Source: Cenococcum geophilum
Lineage: Eukaryota
Reading direction: 5' to 3'
DNA: 64,000 nt
Assembly (NCBI GenBank): GCA_050273025.1
Contig: CP158635.1
Span: forward strand, 22,816,001 to 22,880,000
The notes under the pieces were generated by a model, which saw only the letters and a program-made list of their open reading frames with translations, was not told where the DNA came from and did no database searches. The position numbers and the translations under genes are program-made. This document shows, piece by piece, positions 53,830 to 64,000 of the stretch. Positions within the stretch are counted from its first letter, which is position 1; the number at the start of each line of letters is the position of its first letter.

Positions 53830-54080
53830 TAGGCATTCCCCGTTACTCCTAACTATTATAGGTGCCTACTATTGTAGGTACTCCCTAATATTATAGGTGC
53901 TTCTTATTATTGTGGGTACTCCTTATTGTTATAGGTGCTCCTTATTATTATAGGTACTTATTATTATAGGTACTCCTTACTATTAGGAGTACCCCTATTA
54001 TAGATACTCCCTTCCATTATAGGTATTCCCCGTAATTATAGGTACTCCTACTTATAGGTACTTATTAATATCGTAGGTAT
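53830..54080 (+). repeat. Degenerate tandem array of about 20-bp units (tattataggtactccc)
   Basis: About a dozen copies visible. Confidence 0.8.
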
Positions 54081-54449
54081 ACTAAGTGCTGGCCTAAAAG
54101 AGCTAGATAAAGGGCGGTATCTAGAGCGTATATATTTATTATCTTGCTGCTAAATTAGTAGTTTATACTATGATTAGAGGCATATTTTAGGCACTATCCT
54201 CTTAGCGGAGGCATCTATAGGAAAATATCCTCTTAGGATGCCCCTATTAAGCCTATAGTAAAATGGCCTGCTTAGCGCCCCTAATTTCTTTTATTTATAA
54301 AATACTATCACTTTTACTGCGTTTTGGATATTGATTTATAGGTAGTATTACTAGATATTAATGTCTGAGATATAAAAGGATCTATATTTACCGGTTGGTA
54401 ATACCTATAAGGCTACTACTTAATACCTTAGAGTCTTACCGTAGGCACC

Positions 54450-55600
54450 TTGAAATGGAATAGTTTAAATATCTAAGTACATTTTCTTGCTGTATGCAGC
54501 TATTTTTATATATCTTTGCTACTAATACATCTATACTAATAGGCATAAATCTAGCCTTATTTAAGTAGAGATAAGTATTAATAGTTTATATACCTACTAA
54601 AGTCTACTTTCTTTAGCTTTGTTTTATATTAATAGCTTTAAGAAATATTACTTTGTAAAAGGCTATAAAACTATAAATTCCTATAAAAGAAGAGCTAGCA
54701 TTCTGCCTTAAATTTATATAATCATTCCTTACTATTTATAGAAAGCAGCTAACTCGTCTTTAAAGGCATACTATATGTGTTTAGGAAACACTCTTATATA
54801 GTTATAGTTACTTTTACTTTAATAAGTGCACGCGTAAGTGTAATATGGCTAGACAAAACGGCGTATAGTATACGGAAAATAATCTAAATAATGTCTAGAA
54901 TATAAGGACATTGTAGGGTATATATAGCTGTGATTTAGAGTATAGGACGCCAGAATTAATGGAATAAGCCTTTTAAAGTTAGAAGTGCCTAATATAGAAC
55001 TCTTTATTTATAGTTATAAATATAGCTAAGTTAAATAAAACCTTAATTTCTTTCTAAATTCCTCTAGCCTTAGATTGAAAAACTTAAGAATATTATTTCT
55101 TAACTCCATCTCTTAAATTACTATGTGTCTACGATTAACGCTTTATTATGTTATTCTTGCTAATATCTCCTGCCTCTAATAGATATTTCCCCTTCTTAGG
55201 CTTTAAACGGTTTTTTTTAAACTTAATATTGTTAGCTAAATGTCTATTAAAGAAGCCTTTAATTAAGAGTACTTATAGCGGCTTTAAATTCTTGCTAGAT
55301 ATCCTGTAAGGTACTAGCGTTTACTATTTATGTATAAATAGGGTAATCTCTAGATCTATATCCGCGCCAGTCTTTAATATATCTAAAAGGAACCTCTAGC
55401 TTTAGTATTTATAAATTACTTTTAGTTAGTTATTAATACGCCCTAAGAGTTTCGTATCTTTAAGAGTGTATACTATAAGTATGCCACTTTAGAGGCGTAA
55501 TTGTAGAAGATAGAGATATATGTCCTCGCCGGGCTTAAAGCAATTAAATAGTATTACAATATTTGTAAGACTATACGTTATAGTAAAATAGCGAGGCTTA
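54450..55600 (-). pseudogene. Unidentified RIP-mutated ORF remnant
   Basis: The minus frame over 55100-55560 reads protein-like (FNCFKPGEDIYLYLL...FLLDILKTGADIDLEITLF...KGKYLLEAGDI) with TAA/TAG stops of the RIP type. Family not recognised. Confidence 0.35.
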
Positions 55601-56619
55601 TTCCCTTTTTTATTGAGTATAGTAGTTAGGCTAGAAATGAGGCCGTTAAGCACTGTGTTAAGATTAGGGCCGATATAAATAAGAGTAACTAAAGTAAGCG
55701 TAAAGATAAGACGAGAATGCCTATCGAGAAGATATTCTAGATTTATTTAGACTTAAGATGCTATAAAAGCAATTAGGCGGAGCGGAGAGTTATTAGTAAA
55801 ATTTCCTATCGCTTAAATAATTAGTATTGCTGCTTAACTCGGGGCCGAGCGCTAGAAAGGAGGCGATAATATTAAGGAGGTTTAGGGGATTAAATAGACC
55901 TTAAAAATCGAGTACCTAATTTTAGACGTTAAATAAAAGACTTTTTTAGGTTAGTTGGATACTCCTTTAGTTATTACTTGTTATAAGGAGTAAGGTATAT
56001 ATTTTATTATCCTAGCTTTATACGCGGTGTAGCGCAGTATAGGCTCTTAGCTTAGTATTGCCTTAGGCATATAAAGCCTCATACTTTACTATATCTTTAA
56101 TCTTTTATTTTTCTACTACTATTTACACTATTTACAGTTCCTTTATAGCAATTATACTAGAAAATAAAGGTAGGAATAGGTAATTAAGATTAGTTTTTTT
56201 AGGATTAAGAGCCTCCTAGAAGCCCTAAACCTAAATATAATACCTATTAAATTTGTCTTTGCGTAAAGTTTATAAATAGACATAGTAAGAGCTATATTAA
56301 GCTTTTTAGTTGTAATAATTTATATATATAATTAATATATATCCCTATACACTGTAAAAATCTACGCTAATATTTACCTATCTAGTTCTAGGTATTCTAT
56401 TAAACCTATTAAGTTAAATAGCTCCTCCTTTATAAGGGATTTATCCGTATCCTTAAGTATATATTTTTTTTCTCGAATTGGTCCTAAGAGGAGATTAAGA
56501 AATTAAGTTACTTAATTGGTTAAATTAATTAAATCCTGGCACTTAACTTAATTTAATATTAAAATCTCGTTAATTAACTTGCAACCCTATCTATCTTTAC
56601 ATTACTTCTAAATTTTATA

Positions 56620-57900
56620 TAGAAATCGCGGATCTTCTTAACTGTATCAAAAATAGGAGATAAGGTATTCTCTCGCTTTGCTTATAAGAAATGCAATCCG
56701 CGAAGTATATGGCGTATAGTATATTAGGTTTGACGAGGCCACTTTTAGGGTATTTCTTAATCTATTAGCGCTATTAATCTCTTCTTAAACGGCTATAAGT
56801 GCGGCTAAGAGAACTGAGTTCTTTAGATCCGATCTAGTATAGTTATAGGTAGTGTTTGCAAGCTTACAAATGTCGATATCCTATGCTAGCTTTTTACCTT
56901 TTAGATAAATTTTTAAGATTTCCTCCCTTGTATTAGCATTAGGAATATTAACTAGGATATACTAGCCTAGACGGTGTAAGATTACTTCGTTAATGCTAAA
57001 AGGTCTATTAGTAGCTGCTATTACAATAGGGCTTTTAGTCCTATCGTAATAAATACCCTCTATTTCCGTTAGAAACTGACTTAGATATTTAGTATAATAT
57101 TTATTAATCCTAGCTAATTATAAGGCGAATATAGCATCGGCCTTATTAATAAATATAATAAACGGATGATTTAGGCGCGCCTTGGCAAACATCTTCTAAA
57201 TTACTTTTTCGCCTTCTCCAATAAGTTTTTGGTTGATGTCCGTAGCAGTTACTAATTATTATATATTAAAAGTACTTTGCTAATATCTTAACAAGCGTAG
57301 TCTTTTCTGTCCCTGGTAGACTGTACAAAAGGATAAATAGGAGGGAATTTTAGAGCCTTTTTGGGACCGTTATTATGCGATAAGGGGTCTTTAGGTCTTT
57401 TTAAAGAGACAATATTTACCTAATTTCCTTCGGAACTTAGACAACTCTTTCTTAGGTTGGGCTCTATATGGCCATCTATAGGCTATATTACTGTCTTATG
57501 CTTAGCACTATTTATATTAATATGTTTGTTAGATATAAAAACCTCTCCAGATTTTATTATGTATTTGTTATAATTACCTTCTAATATAATCTTGTTATCC
57601 TCTAGCTCCACCTTAATTATATCTTTAATCTCGCTTTAGAGATACCTTGGCCTGTTATACCTTTCCTATTATATTTTCTTCGCAAGTGTTATTTTATTAA
57701 CTTTATTGCGCGTAAACCATCTATAATGGACCTTGTAATACTATACTGCGTATATCTGCTCGCCTAGCGCTATAAACTGTCTTTGCTTATCTTTTATATA
57801 ACCGCAAAAGCTACCGAGCCTAGGATTTGCTATATTGCTAAACGGTACAACTACGCTAAATGCTGTTAGCGCTGTTAATACTAGTATCGCTAAGTTCCTA
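56620..57900 (-). pseudogene. AAA+ ATPase (classic AAA clade), RIP-destroyed
   Basis: Walker A LY(G>S)(P>L)PGT(G>E)KTTL at about 57290-57330, KLIGEGEKVI, Walker B IIFI(DE>NK)ADAIF at about 57130-57165, second region of homology VIAATNRPFSI.EVIL.RL at about 56970-57025, and YT.SDLKN. The N-terminal extent is uncertain. Confidence 0.85.
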
Positions 57901-58649
57901 CTAGTAGTGCTTTGCCCTCCTAGCTGTTTTATTATTTAAGCGTCTAGCAACATATAATATGCTACTATAATATAGATATTTTCCCCTTTGTTAATTATTC
58001 TCTTAATTTACTTACGGGTTTCTCTAGATTGCACAGCATCTTAAAACCACCATCCGGCGTTGTTTAAGTAGTACATTTTAGCTTAATTAGCTATAATCTA
58101 AATTGACGCTTTAAGACGCTTTGAGAACGAGGAGGAAAGAAAGGTTGTAAGCTATAATGCTACTTTTTATTAGTTGACGGAATGGTAAATGCTATTGTAC
58201 TAAGTTTGGATTTTCTGAGTAATATTGGGGCTAGTATTGCAAAGAGGATTATGGAAGTCTTAATGAGGGTCGTTAAAGCTAATAATAAAACGTCTAAGGC
58301 TGACAGCTGACAGCGGGAGGAAAAACCGCGAAAGTAGGATGCTTTGAGGTATTATATAATAAATTTACTATTGCTAAAGTAAGAGATGTCTATAAGGAGA
58401 TTGTTTACACAATCGATGCATTTATAAGTTAGGGAAGTAGCTTGACTTTAAACTATAACGTGGCAAAGAGGCTTTATTAAGCTACCTAGAGTTAGCCGCG
58501 CTGCGCCACACCCTTTAAGCTAAACTTTGCAAAAGTAAGCTTAGAACGCGCTACGGGGCTAGTAAGTAGTGCAGTACCCCTACCTATAGAGATTTAAGAG
58601 TGGTACTAAATAGCTTATTAGGCTTGTTTTGTATATCTTTATATTCTAT

Positions 58650-61033
58650 ATCCGACAGCTATAAACGGTGGGTTTAACTTTAACCCGCTTTTACTTAAGA
58701 ACTTTAAGCTTACCTTAAGCGTTATAGCTGGCGAAGATAATAACCTCTAAATAGAACTATATATGCACTATACTGCGTTAAAATTTAAGCTGTTTTAGCG
58801 CTAGGGACGTATAGAAGATCTTAAAGAAGCGATTAAGAAGGGGAAGTATACTATAGTAGAGACGCTAGAAGGGCATAAAGTATTTATAAGGAGGCTAAAT
58901 AACTTAGAAGTTATACTTAAAATCGGATATAAACGTATGGGAAAGATAGAAGACCTTAAAGAAGCCATTCTAGTAGCGTGCTAGGCGGTCGATATTACGC
59001 CTAAAGACTATTTAGATCTTGTAAGAAAGCTAAGTAGCCTAGGAAATAAACTTAAGAGCCGATATAAACGTATAGGAGAGATAGAAGACCTTAAAGAGGC
59101 TATTCTTATAGCGTACTAGGCGGTTAACATTACGCCTAAAGACTATTTAGATCTTGTAAGAAAGCTAAGTAGCCTAGGAAATAAACTTAAGAGCCGATAT
59201 AAACGTATAGGAGAGATAGAAGACCTTAAAGAGGCTATTCTTATAGCGTACTAGGCGGTTAACATTACGCCTAAAGACTATTTAGATCTTGTAGGGAGGC
59301 TAAATAACCTAGGAAATAAACTTAGGAGCTGATATAAACGTATAAAAAAGATAGAAGACCTTAAAGAGGCTATTTAGGTAACTTAACAGGCCTAGAATTG
59401 CGAAAGTGCCGCTCCCTTTATTTATATACGTGCCTCCACCTAGGCGCTTTAGCTACTTTAAAGTTAGGAAGATACTAAAAGCGCGTATAATCTCTTAGTA
59501 GAGGCTATAAATTTGCTGCCTTATATTTATAATAGATCCTTAGACTATTAGAACTAATAATATATTATTTTACACTTTTTTAAACTAGCTATAACTACCT
59601 ACTCTCTTGCTCTCTAAATAGAAAGGGGACCCTAAGTGGCTTTAGAGGTACCAGAGTAAGGACATAGAGTTATTCTAAGCCTTTTTATAGATAATTAAAG
59701 CGATACCTCTAAACTAAAGGCTAACTATCCCTAGCTACGTGCGTAATATAAAAGTCTTTATTTAGAAGTAAATAAGCCTGCTAAAAATATCGCAGATAAC
59801 TGTACGCGGAGGACTACTTTAATAAGCCGGATAGAAGCAATTGTAAAGCTTAAGAAGTGCGTATAAGATATCTAGCAACTTTCTAGGTTCGGCTAATTTT
59901 ATAAAGGCCTCACTGCTAAGCAAATGCAGCGCTATTCTATGAAAGGTAGTATTGTAGTTATAAACATTACTAACCTTAGGAGTGATGCCATTATTGTTAC
60001 TGCTAATGTATTTAAGGTCCTTCTACTTTTAGGTTTAAGCGCACGCGAAGCTAAGGACTAGATTAATTAGGACCTTACTATGACTTTATTAAGCGAGCAC
60101 GGCCGCAAAAACAAAGCCTACCTTTAATTCTTGTTGTGGCTGTGGCGCGGGTATATAAGGCCTATATTAGACGAGCTCTACTACTATATATAGCCTTCCG
60201 TAGAAGACCTACTAAGGGTTTAGTAGATTGGAACTGGCCTTACTAGTTCCTTCCCCTTTTATTCTACCGGTAGTATCTCTACTAAACTAATAGAAAGTGC
60301 GTATTACTAGGCCATTTTATCCTATACGCTAATAATTAAAGCCCTTTAATATGCCTAAGAGCGTGCTAGAACTATTATTCTACCTTACCGCGATTTTTAA
60401 AAAGTAGCTATTATAACTATACCCGAAACCCCTAGTGTAAGTAATCTTTTAGGGATAAGAGTGGAGAGATTTAAGGTTATAGCAGCTATAGGGCCTTCTA
60501 TTTCTATAGAGACTCTAAAGTACCTAGACGTTATAAGCGCTATAGCTTAACTCTAGAAATGTAATATTGCCTACTTTACCTACTATAGGGTATTAGATCT
60601 AGCTAACCCTTCTAAAAGCGGCCTAATACTATAGATAGTAAGAACATCTACTTAAGAGCTAAGGTAGAATATACTAAGCGTTTGTAAGGTATCTTAGGCC
60701 CATTTCTTATAGGTAGAGATTGTATATCTCTCTGCCTGCTCTACCGCGCAGAACTAGGCAATAAGGCTTTTAGATAAAGTGCTTTATATTATTAATAGGT
60801 TTTAGGTCGCAGGGTTTAGGCATATAGTTAGGTATTTATAGCTGCCTTATAATAAAGTATATATAGATATTACAAAGTCGTTCTACTCCAAATTTAATTA
60901 AGGTGGAATTGTAAAGTACGATAATAGAGCTACTGTATTAGCATTATATAAGGCCGTTATAAAGATTTGGGAAAGGAATAAATACTATAAGCGGCCGCTG
61001 CTTTGGGCGTAGTATATACATTTTAGGGTATAA
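58650..61033 (+). pseudogene. TPR-repeat plus CHAT (caspase HetF-associated with TPRs) protease, RIP-destroyed
   Basis: 135-bp (45-aa) TPR repeats RY(E)R(T)GE(M)EDL(E)EAI..A..AVDITPKD...L..LGNKL at about 58790-59390. CHAT motifs: A(HFACHG) remnant at about 60567-60590, YLSACSTA at about 60725-60750, VAGFRH, and LWA.YIHF with a stop at 61033. The start is approximate. Confidence 0.9.
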
Positions 61034-61209
61034 TCTGGGTAAGAGATTGTTAGCGCTAAGGGCAGACTTTTAAGTACCTAGTTTTTAAATAGGAAGAGGG
61101 TAGTTAAATAGGCTAGCGTATAGACTAACGAAGTTATCCTTTAATACGCTTGCGTCCTAAAATTAAGTGGTCCGTATAGAACACTAGAATTAAAACAACG
61201 CGTATAGCC

Positions 61210-61523
61210 TTTATTTAATTAATTTAATTAGCTAGTTCTTATTAATAACATAGGACGCAAACTAGCGTGTTAAGGGATAATGCACTTATATTACGAATAT
61301 ATGGCTATATACTAATGCCTAACTATTTAATCTAAGGCGTAATGGCGGCCCAGAGAAAGATAAAATAAGTATAGTAATTACTTTAGTCTAATTATAACAT
61401 ATATTTCGGTTATGTACTACTAACGTCCTACCTAAACTAGCCCAGCATATATTCGGTCTGGTGTAGGTTGCGCTTTACTATTACTAGTAAGGAGGGCGGC
61501 TAACTCGTACCGGCCACACCCTT
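61210..61523 (-). repeat. Right member of the two-block inverted repeat (partner 37426-37740)
   Basis: Reverse complements of block 2 (61210-61280) and block 1 (61483-61523), with essentially the same spacing. Confidence 0.75.
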
Positions 61524-62177
61524 ATTAAGGTCTACTTTTTATATACTTAATCCTCCTCTCTACTGCGAATCTTTATTCGTGCTTAAGGAATTGTGCTTTT
61601 TATATATCTATGTGGCCTATTTAATAATATTTGCTACGGGAGAACAGGTTATTTATAATAACTTATATAAGTTTTTACTAGGCTTTAAATCAGTGTGTCT
61701 AACAGTCAGCTTAGCTACGATCTTAAGAAAAATAGCTGACTGGCTGCGTTAATTGGATCGCTCGCTGTCCGCTAGCTGTTGGATAACGTACGCTAACTGT
61801 GAAGCTGCCAGCTAGCTGTCCCAATTAGGAAAGTAGTATAGGCTTTATAGTATTTTATTGCAGATTTTAGCAGTACCTCACTATATATAAATATAAATAT
61901 TACTTAATTAAAATTTGACCCTAATTTATCTAATATAGTATTTAAATATAGCTAAATTTATCCTATATACCTATAAAAGCTTTTTAAAAAAATAGGTAAA
62001 ATAGTTAGTAGTAAAGGCTCTAAAGGCTCTATTTTTATATTAAATTTAATTAAATATAAAGCTCTATTAAATATATTTTACTAAGCTAGCCTTTTTACCT
62101 CTATAGTTAGCTTATAGCTAATAAGATTAATATTTAAACTTATTAACTAGAGTATAGTTAAAGCCCTACTAGAGTTA

Positions 62178-64000
62178 ATATAATAATAATTCATTGCTTA
62201 ACGTCCAATTCGGATCCCTATTAGGCCCACGCGGACTACTCCTTATATACATATAGGGAGAAAACTCTATTTAAGAAAACCCCGTAATCCATCTCCCTGC
62301 CTTTTAGGACTCGCCTATAAAGCGCCTACAAGGCGCCTACGAGTCACTTATAGTACTCCTACTACCTTACTTTTTAACCTCTTTAGGAACTACTGCTGCC
62401 GTAATAAGCCTACGGACGCGCTAGTATTATAAACTTTACTCTACTACTATAGAGTCATTAGGGGGCGCCCGTTGCTCGCCCCTTTACCCTCTATTACTAT
62501 TTCCCTTATAACCTAGAACTGGTTTAGTATATTTTGGCTAATAAGCTACTAGGTAACCGCCTTAAGGCCTTTTTGTGTTAAGAGTAGTATATTATAGTTC
62601 TCTGTGCTAGCTACTAAAAGTATTACTTCTTAGTTAATATATAAGGGGCATAACAGTATTACATATTTTGGTATCTGTTTTGGCCAGCTATATTTGCATC
62701 TTAGGCTACCTACTAGAATACCTACCTAGTAGAGCCAGTCTTTTAGTCCTATTATTCCTGTTCTTAAGAGTGTCGCTATTATATTTTCTGCCTTTATTAG
62801 GCCTTCTTAGAGCCCTAAAGTGTTTACCCCCTATAGCGTTAACCATACTATAGCTTGGGTTCCTCTTACCTTAGTTAGCCTCTATACCTTTAACTCCTAT
62901 ACGCCTCTCTAGCGTTAGTCTAACCAGTATTATATTGCGGTAGATGGTTTCCTAGCATTCTTTTATGCTCTGCTTTAGCTCCTTTCTCTCTCTTACTATT
63001 ATCTTTGCTGGCCTCTTATATGTCTCCCTTCCTCCTCTATATAGGCCTAGGCCCTAAAGCAGCACTATTCTTCTTTTGCTTTCTTTACCTATTTCTCTAA
63101 TATATCTTCCCTACTTTGGGGTTATTAGTTTGTTTTCCTATAGGGCGCCCTAGGGTCCCTCTATAGTTTGTTTAGGCGTGTCTTAATATACTTTATAATA
63201 TTAGAGTTACGTTTATTTTAGGCCCTTTATATTGCAGCGGCTTTAATATATAATTATAGGGGGGGAATATTAGCTTCCTTTTTAAGTAGTGCTATGGCCG
63301 TTCGCTTATATCCGCCTATTATACTCTAAAGGTAGGCTGTTTAGACCTTTTAGAGTGGTTTAAGGAGCGACTTAGGGGGGCCTTTCTTAGATTCTCCAAT
63401 GGCCCAGATACTAGACCTATATATTATAGTTAGCCGGACAACTGCTATATATAGTAGGCGTAACCTTTAGAAGCATAGGCCCTATATAGAATTAACGATC
63501 CTAGATAATGCGATGTACTATGCTTGGCCCTTATAGGCCGCTTATGCCGTATATACGCTCCACTAGAGCTTGCTGTCTACCCATACTTCTAATACTCTTA
63601 GGCCCTAAACTAGTTAACCCTTAAAGCCTTAGATGCGGATTATATGCTAGAGATCTATAGATTGGTTGCGTTTTCTTATAAAATAGATTAGCTGGTATTT
63701 CTCTAGTAAGAATTAGACTCTATATTATCTTGCCCATTCTATATAGGTGTTATAAGCTTTCTCTAGCATTCTGCAATTCTTTGCGGCTAATAGCCTGTAT
63801 ATAATTAGGTTTATATTGTTAACGAAGCCTATTTTCTAGGTTGCCCCTTCCTTAAAGGAGTTAAGCAGGTTACTTATAAAGAAAAGGAAGAGTATAGGCG
63901 AGAGGGGTGATTTTTATAGTATTCCTATTATAACTGTAATAGAGGGGCTCTGGTATCCGCTAAAGACTAATAATATTTCTTTCTGACCTATAAACCCTTA
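62178..64000 (-). mobile_element. Second copy of the Tad-like LINE (3' end; runs off the window)
   Basis: 62235-64000 is collinear with 1-1765 and differs mostly by transitions; (TAA)n tail at about 62178-62191. Confidence 0.93.

Noticed and set aside
37210..61700. Calling the cargo block a Starship
   Set aside because: No DUF3435 tyrosine recombinase remnant or Starship-type boundary was recognised in the window.
61691..62177. Possible DNA transposon end (cagtgtgtctaacagtcagc, gctagctgt repeats)
   Set aside because: No TA TSD or partner TIR in the window, and the sequence is cut by the LINE.

Overview
Filamentous-ascomycete genomic DNA dominated by AT-rich transposon relics mutated by repeat-induced point mutation (RIP): TpA excess, and CAG/CAA/TGG codons converted to stops. 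Bases 1-29.6 kb form a nest of one Tad-like LINE, one chromodomain Gypsy element and three different Copia elements. A short GC-balanced island (about 29.65-33.8 kb) holds the only intact gene found, a 3-exon secreted protein of about 560 aa with three WSC domains. Three MITE-like fold-back elements lie upstream of it and a long inverted-repeat element lies downstream. Next come a Fot1/pogo DNA transposon inside a 25-bp tandem array, two nested Gypsy copies carrying a MITE and an ORF1-only non-LTR retroelement, and about 12 kb of RIP-destroyed non-TE genes (FunK1 kinase, an unidentified ORF, AAA+ ATPase, TPR-CHAT protease). Two sequence blocks repeated in inverted orientation bracket this Gypsy nest and gene block. 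A second copy of the LINE ends the window. The best leads are the RIP-killed kinase/ATPase/CHAT block, a CCAAT-palindrome-ATTGG element shared by three Copia families, a structured core shared by two unrelated TIR elements, and the mobile ORF1-only retroelement. All calls are by eye, and pseudogene boundaries are approximate.
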